A DNA stretch of 64,000 bases from Coleofasciculus sp. B1-GNL1-01 (lineage in GTDB: Bacteria > Cyanobacteriota > Cyanobacteriia > Cyanobacteriales > Coleofasciculaceae): NCBI GenBank assembly GCA_040220235.1, contig JAVJTO010000044.1. The stretch is one strand, 5' to 3'. Shown piece after piece: positions 51,360 through 61,182 of the stretch. Under the pieces are notes generated by a model, which saw nothing but the letters and a program-made list of their open reading frames with translations, had not been told where the DNA came from and did no database searches. Within the stretch, counting starts at the first letter, position 1; the number at the start of each line of letters is the position of its first letter. Both the position numbers and the translations under genes were made by a program.

Positions 51360-51434
51360 TGGGTGGGTCGTGTTAATTTTGTGCGGCGGGTCGCCCCTAC
51401 GAATGCATCTGCTTCCCCATCTCCCCCATCTCCC

Positions 51435-52118
51435 CTATCTTCCCTGTTTAGACGAGGCGATCGCAACAATACCATATACGGCTATTCCTTGCTGGCGTAA
51501 CACTTCTGTGGCTGAACGGGCGGTTGCGCCTGTGGTGTAAATATCGTCTAAAATCAGTACGGGTGAATGATGTGAACGCTTGCCAAAGCGCTTACCCACA
51601 GCAAACGCTTCCGTGAGATTTTGCGATCGCTCTTTTGCAGATAAGCCAAACTGGGCTTCAGTTTCCCGAACTCGTTCTAAACCGTGGGGTTGATACTGAT
51701 ACCCTGTAAATTGACAAAAACTCTCGGCAAGGAGTTCGGCTTGATTAAATCCCCGTTGTTGGCGCTTACTGGGGTGAATCGGAATGGGTATGACAGTTAA
51801 CTTTTTCCTCTGTCGCGCCGCCGTAGAGTTTAGCCACGCCTCACCCAACCAGAATCCCAAAGGACGAGCTAACTGGGTATGATTCTCATATTTTAGCGCC
51901 GCGATCGCCCGTTTCAATGTGCCGCCATAATGTCCCCAGACAAACACGGGTAACTCTCCTTGCCAAAATTGACTCGGATGCTTCAGTTGACAGCGCTGTA
52001 ACTGACGCTGACAGTATTGACACAATTCAGCATCAGTGGCGCGATCGCATAATGGACAGTTTGACTTGAGGAATAAAGACAGTAAGCTATTTGTCAACTG
52101 TCCGATTCCTAGTTTCAT
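51435..52118 (-). CDS. comF: ComF-family phosphoribosyltransferase-like protein
   Basis: CPLC/CQYC zinc site, RGFNQAELLA and LILDDIYTTGAT motifs. Confidence 0.88.
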   Translation of the reverse strand: MKLGIGQLTNSLLSLFLKSNCPLCDRATDAELCQYCQRQLQRCQLKHPSQFWQGELPVFVWGHYGGTLKRAIAALKYENHTQLARPLGFWLGEAWLNSTAARQRKKLTVIPIPIHPSKRQQRGFNQAELLAESFCQFTGYQYQPHGLERVRETEAQFGLSAKERSQNLTEAFAVGKRFGKRSHHSPVLILDDIYTTGATARSATEVLRQQGIAVYGIVAIASSKQGR

Positions 52119-52236
52119 CTCGTCTTGTCTTTAAATAACCTCCATAGAATTATACCTTTAGTTTTTTCCCCAGCTTCCCCAGAGCCCAGACGCGCCATGG
52201 CACGTCTCTACATTGCTTCCCCTGCTCTCTATTTCC

Positions 52237-52662
52237 TCAAGCCACATCCAATAAAAACATCGACAAAAACGCCAAATACAACAGAAGGGCAAGCAAAACC
52301 ACCACAAATGGCGGTGTAAAAATCACCGGAAAACTCGCTTCTTCCAAAAGATTGGGTAAAAACCCTTGATAGCAGATCGTATCGCCACATGTCCCGTAAT
52401 TAAATAGAATGACAAATGTTTGCAGTCCAATAATTTTTGGCAAAAAACTTCCCTTTATTTTTACCTTTGTGCGTCTCTTTGCTGTCCGAGCCGTTGCACT
52501 AAAAAATAAAAATATTGTTGTGGTGATGTAGAACAATCCCGCAAATGCAATGTAGAAAAAAATTGACATCCAGCCCCCCGATGTCATAAAAAAGAGTGGG
52601 ATACTAATTAACGCATAAATCAGGTAAACAGTAAAGACCAGCCAGATATTGGTTGTAATCAT
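52237..52662 (-). CDS. Hypothetical membrane protein
   Basis: About 4 hydrophobic helices; start chosen at MITTN. Confidence 0.6.
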   Translation of the reverse strand: MITTNIWLVFTVYLIYALISIPLFFMTSGGWMSIFFYIAFAGLFYITTTIFLFFSATARTAKRRTKVKIKGSFLPKIIGLQTFVILFNYGTCGDTICYQGFLPNLLEEASFPVIFTPPFVVVLLALLLYLAFLSMFLLDVA

Positions 52663-52970
52663 TGAAGTTATAACCCTTACCGATTTACAAACAGTTTTGT
52701 TCCAGCCTCTAGAAAAATTAGAGCTGGATGTAAATAGGTAGAAGCTGAAGCCTGGTTTAGTAATTATTTGTACAAGATGCAATACTCATTTATTTCTTCA
52801 AGAGAGTGATTACAATCGTTTAGCCCATTAGATCTTGCACCATTAGATCATCGTTAGTTCCGCTAGTCTTAAAACCCCCAATACTTCGTCAAGTTAGAGG
52901 GCTTTATGTTTATACCTACTAATAAACGAACCATTATCCGGAATCACCCTTGATGTGGCGGAGTCGAGGT

Positions 52971-53042
52971 GCAGGGGAAGCAGGGGGAGCAGGGGGAGCT
53001 GGGGAAGCTGGGGGAGCAGGGGAAGCTGGGGAAGCTGGGGAA
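52971..53042. repeat. Tandem 9-mer repeat GCWGGGGRA x8
   Basis: Read directly. Related short arrays lie near 24222, 25593 and 51410. Confidence 0.9.
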
Positions 53043-53222
53043 GTTAACTCAGAATTACAGCTCTTTGCGCTGTAATACAGTAGATCAAAGTCCCCCTTAT
53101 AGTTCCCCCTCCCGTCCCCCTTCAAATGGGGGAAGCCACAGGATGCTTCGCTTTTTTGGCTTATGGGATTGAGGGGGATCGACAATGTTCCGCATAGCAG
53201 AGCAAACTGCTGTATACCTTAC

Positions 53223-53376
53223 CTGATACCTGATAACTGATAACTGATAACTGATAACTGATAACTGATAACTGATAACTGATAACTGATAACTGATAAC
53301 TGATAACTGATACCTGATAACTGATACCTGATAACTGATAACTGATAACTGATAACTGATAACTGATAACTGATAA
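53223..53376. repeat. STRR-type heptamer tandem array CTGATAA x about 22
   Basis: Read directly; a few CTGATAC variants. Confidence 0.95.
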
Positions 53377-53385
53377 CTGTTCCCT

Positions 53386-54189
53386 TTAAATCGATACTTC
53401 CTCAATATCAGCTAAATTGGGTAATAAATTATCTTGGCTAACCTCACTTTCTCCCGTTCGTTGACAGCGCACCGCAAAGCTACAGTTTTCACATTTACCC
53501 GCCGATATAGGCACTTGAGGAAAGGGGATATGATCATGTTGATAGCGGTGTAACCATCCAGATAGTCGAGTCAGCAACTCCGTTAAATCCGCTCTCGTTT
53601 TTTCATGTTGGACTCTATCGTAGGGAAACGTCAGACATTGGGGACGAGGTTTAGATTTAACAAACCAGTACGTCATCGAAATCTGTTCGGGTAAATAATC
53701 ACTGGTTTGAAGCAAAACATATCGGTATAAGCGCGTTTGCCAGTCTTTGGCTAACCGATGACGATTTGTCGGTAGAGGATAGGTTTTCCAGTCAAGTATT
53801 TGGGCGCTTTTTTCGTCTTCAATAAATAAGTCGTAAATAACCGTTAGTAAATAGCCTTGCATCGTTACCGTGCGACAATGTTCAGCATCACGAAAGGATT
53901 GAGAATGATGGGCAAATACCTCCGGTGCTGCTTCCATTAGCGCCGTCACCCAATGATTGAGTTGGGGATTATCCTTCAGCAACGAGTCTATCGGTAAGCC
54001 CAGTTCTCGTTGTTGCATTAACAGGTGAAAGTAACTTCCCCATGTCAAACGTTCTTGTTGTTCCGGTGAAACAGGACTTCCGCACTGATCCACATAAATA
54101 TATTGAAATTTACGCGGACAGGTTTCTAATAGATTGAGTTGTCCTTGGGATAAGCGAGTTAGGGAAACCGCCGTAGTTTGAGCATTCAT
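53386..54189 (-). CDS. PD-(D/E)XK nuclease family protein (RecB/AddB-like)
   Basis: LSQGQL..LETCPRKF, G..FH, YDL, ILDWKT, QTRLY and a C-terminal CxxCxxxxxC. Confidence 0.85.
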   Translation of the reverse strand: MNAQTTAVSLTRLSQGQLNLLETCPRKFQYIYVDQCGSPVSPEQQERLTWGSYFHLLMQQRELGLPIDSLLKDNPQLNHWVTALMEAAPEVFAHHSQSFRDAEHCRTVTMQGYLLTVIYDLFIEDEKSAQILDWKTYPLPTNRHRLAKDWQTRLYRYVLLQTSDYLPEQISMTYWFVKSKPRPQCLTFPYDRVQHEKTRADLTELLTRLSGWLHRYQHDHIPFPQVPISAGKCENCSFAVRCQRTGESEVSQDNLLPNLADIEEVSI

Positions 54190-54785
54190 GGTTTGGTAAG
54201 GACAAATACACTGTCTTTATTCCCGCGTCCAATCCGCAGATTTTCGTCGAGATAAGTAATCTCCAACCAGCCCCGTTGCTCTCGACTTTCAATGTTAAAA
54301 TCAAGCGCCTTAAATTTTTTACCCGTTTCAATTTGCTGGATAAAGTTAGTCGGAGATTTATAATCAATTAAGCGTTGTAATCCGACAACAGACCGATCAA
54401 AATTAACATTAACGCGGCGTTCGGAAACGGGTTCAAACTGCGCTCCAACACTGATAATTCCCTCTAAGTAAGGCAAGCTGGAAACCTCGGCAATGTTATA
54501 AATTTTAGCGTCGGCGGTGCGAACACATTGGTAAATTTGACCCAATTGCCACAGGGGAAACCGACCTAGGTTTAACAAATCGCTACTGGTTGTGTAGAGT
54601 AATCGCCAGTTCCCTTCCAGTAAGTCCTGCGCTTCCAGTGGACGTGGCGTAGGGTTGCGGTCTTCTAATTGGGCAACGGCTGCCAAAATCGCTGTTTTTT
54701 CAGTGTCCGTTGCCAACAACCCCCGATTTTTTCCCGCGATCGCTTCTAATAACGTGGCTTTGCTAACCATCTGTAGTCCTGACAA
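54186..54785 (-). CDS. PAP/fibrillin family protein
   Basis: LEDRNPTPRP, LEGNWRLLYTTS and GWLEITYLDENLRIGRGN motifs. Confidence 0.9.
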   Translation of the reverse strand: MSGLQMVSKATLLEAIAGKNRGLLATDTEKTAILAAVAQLEDRNPTPRPLEAQDLLEGNWRLLYTTSSDLLNLGRFPLWQLGQIYQCVRTADAKIYNIAEVSSLPYLEGIISVGAQFEPVSERRVNVNFDRSVVGLQRLIDYKSPTNFIQQIETGKKFKALDFNIESREQRGWLEITYLDENLRIGRGNKDSVFVLTKP

Positions 54786-54833
54786 TCCACCGTTAAATAT
54801 GGTATCATTTTTATCGACTTACTGAAATTTATT

Positions 54834-55061
54834 ATGTATAATCCTTCTTTGCGTGAAGAATCTCGTGAGCAACTGGCTCCAGTCATTGCCGTTCAACGTG
54901 AAACCTCAGTTTTAGAGTGGTTAGAATCAACGAATCGTCTGCTGGCGCGTGATCCGAGCGAGAAGGAGAGCGGCGATGATGAAGAGGAAATCACTGAATT
55001 GATGGGTGTCGAGGATAATGACTATGATGACGAGGAAGATGATGATCTAGATGAAGATTAA
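54834..55061 (+). CDS. Small conserved cyanobacterial protein (DUF3134-like)
   Basis: NPSLREE.R...SVLEWLESTNRLLARD plus an acidic tail. Confidence 0.7.
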   Translation: MYNPSLREESREQLAPVIAVQRETSVLEWLESTNRLLARDPSEKESGDDEEEITELMGVEDNDYDDEEDDDLDED

Positions 55062-55120
55062 CGGACGGGCTTAGAAGCTGTTGGCGTTATTTCTGCCTTC
55101 TTGTACTAGGGCGCGATCGC

Positions 55121-55897
55121 TTAATTCACAGCCTGCGCCCTGATCCACACAGCTAGCACCATCAAGAAAGCTAACCCCATGACTCCCGCGATCGGGTTAG
55201 AATCGACTCCGGTTATCCAAGGAGATACTTGACCCGAATACTGCACCAGTTGTCCCACATTAATCATGTAATAGCCCCAAACTAACCCCGCATGTAACCC
55301 AATGGGTAAACCCAAACGCCCTTGTCCTCGCTTTGCCCAAACTAAAGTTAATCCCAACAGCACTAATCCTGGAAATCCCGGTAACGTGCGAATAATTTCT
55401 CCGAGGGGTTTGAGAAAATGCAGCGTGGCAAAAATTAGCGCATCTGCCCAAAGAGATAGTTTATGAGAATAGTCTCGCTCCAACTCATCTAATAACCAAC
55501 CCCGAAAGACTAACTCCTCCGCTAAGCCAATACCCAAAGCGCTAACCAATCCTTCTAAAATAATCCGCCCCAATTGTTCTGGAGGAGGTTGAAACGTTAG
55601 CCATCCTAATCCCCCCTCTAACGCAAACAAAGTTAGGGTAAATAATAAACCAATACTTAATCCATTGAGCCAGTCTATTCCATTGCGCCGAGAGATGTAT
55701 AACCCATACTGCTTTAACAGTTGAGGTTCTCCATAAACAAAGCGTCCCCAAACTTGTAGTAGCCCTAAAAATTCCCCAAACAATAACGCCATCGTTAGAA
55801 TAGTGACGAGGTTTGAGTCATCGACTAAAAGGTAGATTGGCGCAGCTAAGGGTAACCAAAATAGCCCTAGGGTAAAAACAAACAAACCCAGCCGCAC
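55121..55897 (-). CDS. CPBP (CAAX/Abi) intramembrane metalloprotease
   Basis: EELVFRGWL, FATLH and IGLHAG motifs; the start may lie slightly upstream. Confidence 0.9.
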   Translation of the reverse strand: MRLGLFVFTLGLFWLPLAAPIYLLVDDSNLVTILTMALLFGEFLGLLQVWGRFVYGEPQLLKQYGLYISRRNGIDWLNGLSIGLLFTLTLFALEGGLGWLTFQPPPEQLGRIILEGLVSALGIGLAEELVFRGWLLDELERDYSHKLSLWADALIFATLHFLKPLGEIIRTLPGFPGLVLLGLTLVWAKRGQGRLGLPIGLHAGLVWGYYMINVGQLVQYSGQVSPWITGVDSNPIAGVMGLAFLMVLAVWIRAQAVN

Positions 55898-55961
55898 AGG
55901 TGCTGGGTATTGAGCTAATTTCGGGAGGTTTTGTCTTAAAATGTTCAGGACTTACGTCTCC

Positions 55962-56249
55962 CTATTCATCCGGTTCAATCGTACTGGTTAAGCCGTGATT
56001 CTTCAACGTTTCACAATAGAACTCTGCATGTTCCAAAGCGCAGGTAATGACTAGAGCAATTCCTGAGTTATGCGCTTCCATCATAATATTGACAGCTTGC
56101 GGCTGAGTCAAACTCGGCACCGTCTGTATCAAGGCTTGCACCACATATTCCATCGGGTTGAAATCATCATTGTGGAGCAAAACACGATAGCGAGGTGCGG
56201 GTTTCCGAACGGTTGATGTTGAACGCTTTTCAATCGTTTCCACAGACAC
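55962..56249 (-). CDS. clpS: ATP-dependent Clp protease adaptor
   Basis: YRVLLHNDDFNPMEYV and MMEAHNSG motifs. Confidence 0.95.
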   Translation of the reverse strand: MSVETIEKRSTSTVRKPAPRYRVLLHNDDFNPMEYVVQALIQTVPSLTQPQAVNIMMEAHNSGIALVITCALEHAEFYCETLKNHGLTSTIEPDE

Positions 56250-56510
56250 GGCTAGGCTTCTCCCTCTCGTTCAAGTGTTTACAAAAAAATAGTTGCCGGG
56301 ATACAGTTCCCTATTTTAGCTTTTTCTTTATATTACTCAACAATTATCAGACCAATCACCCGATTTGGCGAGTAGAGATAGCCGAATCTTGACTCGATTC
56401 CACCATCCTTATAGTCTTACTGTGTGACTAAATAACGTAAAGTGACGTATAGTTTATCGTTTAAACTCAAGTTCTCCCAATGCCTCGCTCTTTTTATAAA
56501 GCTTTTTCTC

Positions 56511-56990
56511 TCAAAAATAGGAGTGCTTATCTAACAACTTTTGAAACAAGTTGTCGGAAGCCCAAAAAGATGTATTCTGAAGGCTTTGAACAGCAACAGG
56601 TAGATCGATCAATTTCATCGTTGCTGCTTGATCTAGAATTCCTAAGATACCCGTAATGGCAAACCCTCTTTCTGTCGCGGTACGCCTTGCTTTCATATCA
56701 TCAAGTAACAGTAAATCTGCGTTGATTTCTTGGGCTAGAATAATAGCGGCTCGTTCTCCGGGATCGAGTAGATCAAGAATTGTATCCGAAGGTTGGTTGA
56801 CAGGCTGGATTTTGAGCCAATCAGGTGGAGTGGCAATCCAATTTTGGACAGGTGAGGGCGCAGAGACATCGGACAGTTCGCGGTAGACGGCTTGGGGAAT
56901 AATGATTTGTTGAAATAATTCGGGCAAAAGATGGATGTAACCAATCAAGATGAGGTAGTTGATTGGGGAGGTATTGGAGACAATAATCAT
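56511..56990 (-). CDS. DUF3368 PIN-domain protein
   Basis: VSNTSPINYL, LDPGERAAI, LLDDMKAR and ITGILGIL motifs. Confidence 0.9.
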   Translation of the reverse strand: MIIVSNTSPINYLILIGYIHLLPELFQQIIIPQAVYRELSDVSAPSPVQNWIATPPDWLKIQPVNQPSDTILDLLDPGERAAIILAQEINADLLLLDDMKARRTATERGFAITGILGILDQAATMKLIDLPVAVQSLQNTSFWASDNLFQKLLDKHSYF

Positions 56991-57256
56991 TCTTGGGATA
57001 AAACATTGCGAATCGCTTGTGAATCCTGCTCTAGGTCGTCTTCCGTGTAAGGCAAGTAGGCTTTTTCACGCTTTAGAAATTCATAAGTTTCCCACCGGGA
57101 TGAGAAGTTGAGCATCTGGCGCACTTGGGCGGCTCCAATGTGTCCTTTCCGATAGTTATCAGCCACGATAAGTTCTAAAAATCGGCGGGAAATGTTGGCA
57201 GGTTGTAGTTGTAGTTGATTGGCGATGTTGTCGGGAATTTCGAGCGTGATTTGCAT
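56987..57256 (-). CDS. UPF0175-family protein
   Basis: MQITLEIPD...YRKGHIG...SRWETYEFLK...YTEDDLEQD; ATGA overlap with the DUF3368 gene. Confidence 0.88.
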   Translation of the reverse strand: MQITLEIPDNIANQLQLQPANISRRFLELIVADNYRKGHIGAAQVRQMLNFSSRWETYEFLKREKAYLPYTEDDLEQDSQAIRNVLSQE

Positions 57257-57366
57257 GATTTATGCTCATTAACTTATATGATATTCGGGAAATAACCCAT
57301 AATAAAAAAGCCTGCGACAATGGTGGTTACAGCATTGCTATTATGGGCAGTTCAGAGGATTTGATA

Positions 57367-60300
57367 TTACGGTTGACCGTAACGTTTTTGCACGACTTCA
57401 TAGAGGCAACGTGCCATTTCAACAGGAATTCCGGCAGGAGGACAGAGAATTTTTAGCCTTTCGATGCCACCTGCTAGGATAAATTTTATAAGGTCAGGAG
57501 TAGATTCAAGCCGCTCTAAGAATTTTTGGATAAAGGTCTGTTGTTGGGGTTCGGATGTAGGGGGATAGGTTTGAGCGAGTTGATTCAGCAGAGCTTGAAT
57601 CTTTTGGGCAGCTTCAGCAAGATCCTGCTCGGAGATGTTGATATTCTGCTTGGCATGTTGAATGAATTTAATATTGCTGCCTTCGCTGGCGACATTAACA
57701 CCGATGCTTGCTCCACGTTGATCGAAATTGTTGGTCATGTTATTAACTATTTTGATGCATTCATTTTCTATTTTATCAGTTATATTGAACTCTGGTGGTG
57801 AGTATTGAGCTATTTCGTAGTTGTAGAATCCGCAGCGTGATTGGATACCAGCGATCGCAGTAAGTAAATTTTCTCGAACTGTAATTTTTGGTTTTAACAG
57901 AAGCTTATTCAGTTGAGGTAACTCTTCAGAGTCCCAAATTTTACCTATTGCCTCAATAACCTTTGGATGAACAACAAGAGGATCAAGAGGGGTTTTAACT
58001 TCAATTGCTTGAAATAAAGCAGGAATTACTTTTTTGCTGCCAATTTCTCCCAATGCCTCAGCAGCACTGGCGCGAATCTGATGATTCTGATTTTCTAAAG
58101 CTTGCAATAGAGCAGGAATTTCATCTTCCCCTCCAACTCTACCTAACGATCTAGCAGCACTGGCGCGAATATTAGGATTTTTATTTTTCAAAGCCTCACA
58201 TAAAGCTGGAATTGCACTCTTGCCAATTTGCCCTAACTCATAAGCGACGATACGACAAACCTCAGTATCTTCATCATCTAATGCTTCAAGCAGAGTAAGA
58301 ATTGCCTCTTGATTACCAATTTGCCTCAAAGCCCTAGCAACCTGATAACAATTCTCGTGGGAGCAATATTTTAAGAATTCTCGAAGAGTAGGGATTGCTT
58401 CTGGGATGCCGAGTTTTCCCAATGCAATAGCAGCACTCCAACGGTCAGTATCTTCCTTTTTTTTCAAGGCGTGAAGCAGAACAGAGACTACTTCAGTATT
58501 TTTATTACCAATTTCTCCTAAAGCAATAGCGATACTCCAGCGAACACAAGGAAAATTATTCTCAAAAGCTGTGAGTAGATAGGGAATTTCTTCCTCACTG
58601 CCAATCTTACCTAATGCCTCGGCAGCTCTAGAACGAATAATACAATTTTCTACCTCCAAAGCGTTAAGCAGAGAAAAAATAGTAACTTGATGATCAATTT
58701 CCTTTAAATTGTCAATGGCTATTCTGCGAAGAAAGGACTCGTTCTGCTCCAAGGCAACTTTAACTAGAGTGAGAACGGCATCTTCAGCCTTAATTTTCGC
58801 TAGAGCAAAAATAGCGCTACTGCTAAACGAGTCATGAATACGAATAATAGGGTTGACATCTGTCTGAGAGTTCCAATCTTCCAGAGCTTGTTGTAGTGTA
58901 GGAATCGCAGCTTCATGACCCATTTTTCCTAGTGCAAGAGCAGCATATTTACGAACTTGGAAGTCTTGATGCTTCAAATGTTGAACCAGAGCCTGAATTA
59001 CTGCTTCACCATTAATTGCTGCTAATGCAGAGGCAGCATTCTTACGCACTTCGAGGTTATCGTCTTCCAGAGCTTGGAGCAGAGCAGGTACAGCCTCTGG
59101 ATTTGCGATTTGACCTAACGCAGAAGCCGCAGCAGCACGAATATGGGAATTTTTACCGACCAAAGCTTTCCTTAAATTAGGAATTGCTTTCTCACTACCT
59201 ATCTTTCCTAAAACTCTAGCAACTGTGGAACCAAGCCAATAATTTTTATGTTCTAAAGCTTTGATGAGAACAGGAATTGTAGACTCGTTACCTACTCTTG
59301 CCAATGCTTCTATAACTCTGTAATGAAGACTAGAATTTTCGCTTACGAGTTCTTGCTCTAAAAGAGGAATTACCTTCTCAGAGCGAGTCATGCCATATAG
59401 ATGAATCTTAAGAGAATGAGGAACATTCAATACATCAATTAAACCAACTGTCTCCTTCTGCCAATCAGGTTTTACTTCCCCTGCCAACCTTGCTCCTAAA
59501 CATAGATCTACCTTCAACGCTAGGTCTATTATTTTTATTGCTTGGTTTTTAGCTGTCTCTTCATTTATTTCTAATAGCCCAAGCATAAGTGCAATTGGCT
59601 CTGTCCATTTCAGGTAGTTGAGATAATGACACTTCAGTTTTTTTACACCTTCCTCATCTCTCAGAAGATCAGGTACATATTCCAGCAAGTATTCCGCCGC
59701 GTAATATTCCTGAATTAGTTGATGGTGAAAACTAACTTCTCTATCAGAGACTCTTTCTAAAAGGTGATACTTAAGCAAGTCTTCAATCCGGGAGGAAGTA
59801 CCATAACGCTCACCAAACCTTTCAGTAAGAACTTTTTCTGCTCGCTCATCAGAGATAATCAAGCCAGGATCGGTTGGCTCCGGATTGTTCAGCATTGTAA
59901 ACGCCAGATGTTCCAACCAACGATTCCAAGCTTGACGACGCTCATCTGTAACGGGTGCGTCTTCCTTATATTTTTTGAAAGACCGGAAAAATTGACGGAA
60001 TGCCTCTCCTAACGTCTCGACAACAGTGTCCTTTTCCTGAAACAATTGATACAGCATCCATAAAACAAATGGCGTGCGGCTCAACTCTCGATTGTCTCGG
60101 CTCAATAATTGCAATATTTGTTCCGCTTGAGCGGGCATACATTCTTGTAAAAAGCGATTGATTTCTGGAGGGCTAAGCGGTTGAACTTCTAACCTTCTTT
60201 TGATGCCCAAATCGCCGCTGCCTAGCTCTCGCGTTGTGCAAATGAATGGTATTTCTGAATCTTGGCACTCCTCTCGAAATGCTTTAAGTTCTGTACGAAC

Positions 60301-60816
60301 TGTGTCTGCTGGCATCTCGTTCAAGCCATCCAAGAGCAGAATCAGCCGTTTCTGAAACAATAGTTCTTCAACTTCGGGAATTTTCAGTTGTAGTTGTGGC
60401 TTAAGAGCATTTCTAATTAAAGTCAATATCCCCGAAGGATCTTCAGAGTTAGAAAAACGGATATTGTACCTTTTCAACGGAACCAGCACAGGAATTCGAG
60501 GTTCTGGTTTTTCAAGCTCCTTTTTTGCCAAACTGACTAAACAACGCAAAAGCGCGGTTGATTTGCCGACACCGGGCGAACCTACCAGTAAAATATGCTC
60601 GGATTCAACATAATTCTGGATTCCTTTAAGTATGGGCAGTGAAACTATCTGTGGCTTCTCTTCTCGTCTCTTCTCTTCAGTTTGCACCATCTGCTCAAAT
60701 GAGAAGGTTGCCTGTTTAGCCGCAATTGTTTCAGTCAACGCATCCACAGCCCACCACTGTTCGTAGCGGTGGCAGATGTTTCTTAGGTAATCCTGAAACT
60801 CGCTAGGGGCAATCAT
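57367..60816 (-). CDS. NACHT NTPase with PBS-lyase HEAT-like repeats
   Basis: Walker A GSPGVGKST, Walker B LLLDGLNEM, FHHQLIQEYYAA, and about 15 (R..AA.ALG.IG) repeats. Confidence 0.9.
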   Translation of the reverse strand: MIAPSEFQDYLRNICHRYEQWWAVDALTETIAAKQATFSFEQMVQTEEKRREEKPQIVSLPILKGIQNYVESEHILLVGSPGVGKSTALLRCLVSLAKKELEKPEPRIPVLVPLKRYNIRFSNSEDPSGILTLIRNALKPQLQLKIPEVEELLFQKRLILLLDGLNEMPADTVRTELKAFREECQDSEIPFICTTRELGSGDLGIKRRLEVQPLSPPEINRFLQECMPAQAEQILQLLSRDNRELSRTPFVLWMLYQLFQEKDTVVETLGEAFRQFFRSFKKYKEDAPVTDERRQAWNRWLEHLAFTMLNNPEPTDPGLIISDERAEKVLTERFGERYGTSSRIEDLLKYHLLERVSDREVSFHHQLIQEYYAAEYLLEYVPDLLRDEEGVKKLKCHYLNYLKWTEPIALMLGLLEINEETAKNQAIKIIDLALKVDLCLGARLAGEVKPDWQKETVGLIDVLNVPHSLKIHLYGMTRSEKVIPLLEQELVSENSSLHYRVIEALARVGNESTIPVLIKALEHKNYWLGSTVARVLGKIGSEKAIPNLRKALVGKNSHIRAAAASALGQIANPEAVPALLQALEDDNLEVRKNAASALAAINGEAVIQALVQHLKHQDFQVRKYAALALGKMGHEAAIPTLQQALEDWNSQTDVNPIIRIHDSFSSSAIFALAKIKAEDAVLTLVKVALEQNESFLRRIAIDNLKEIDHQVTIFSLLNALEVENCIIRSRAAEALGKIGSEEEIPYLLTAFENNFPCVRWSIAIALGEIGNKNTEVVSVLLHALKKKEDTDRWSAAIALGKLGIPEAIPTLREFLKYCSHENCYQVARALRQIGNQEAILTLLEALDDEDTEVCRIVAYELGQIGKSAIPALCEALKNKNPNIRASAARSLGRVGGEDEIPALLQALENQNHQIRASAAEALGEIGSKKVIPALFQAIEVKTPLDPLVVHPKVIEAIGKIWDSEELPQLNKLLLKPKITVRENLLTAIAGIQSRCGFYNYEIAQYSPPEFNITDKIENECIKIVNNMTNNFDQRGASIGVNVASEGSNIKFIQHAKQNINISEQDLAEAAQKIQALLNQLAQTYPPTSEPQQQTFIQKFLERLESTPDLIKFILAGGIERLKILCPPAGIPVEMARCLYEVVQKRYGQP

Positions 60817-60838
60817 GGGAGAGTGATGTTATATCCAT

Positions 60839-60948
60839 CTTAAGAGGAATGGCACGCTCAAATGAGGCTGGTGGGCAATGCCCACCCTACGGTCTATCAA
60901 GGGTTTCGACGATCCGAAAAGGCAAATTTTTAGTGCCATTCATCTTAA
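60839..60948. mobile_element. MITE-like element containing a REP hairpin
   Basis: CTTAAGAGGAATGGCAC / GTGCCATTCATCTTAAG ends; internal GGTGGGCAATGCCCACCCTAC. Confidence 0.6.
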
Positions 60949-61182
60949 GAGAGTCTTCTCTATGATAGGCTAGCTATCTGGCATAATGCCTCGATGATTA
61001 AACTGGAGACAGTTAGGAAACTGTTTGTGATGGTGAATAGCTGTAAAAACCCAAGCCGCAGGGTGTCCCAACCCACAAATTAATCTTACCAAAGTCACCC
61101 CTAACTCTCCTGAGTTGCCCAGTATCCGGTTCATACAGAAGTTTGTGATCGCACGCTTCTAAAGCTACAACGAGGTGAATCT

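Noticed and set aside
52934..53185. ORFs with PASPAP / GEQGKL repeats
   Set aside because: Artefacts of the 9-mer tandem repeat.
53097..53405. 102-aa ORF with (YQLSVIS)n repeats, and the possibility of a CRISPR array
   Set aside because: It is a translation of the CTGATAA heptamer array; there are no unique spacers and no cas genes.
53386..54189. Cas4 assignment for the PD-(D/E)XK protein
   Set aside because: It has the Cys pattern but no cas1/cas2 or array nearby and lies in a housekeeping context, so it is kept as a generic nuclease.
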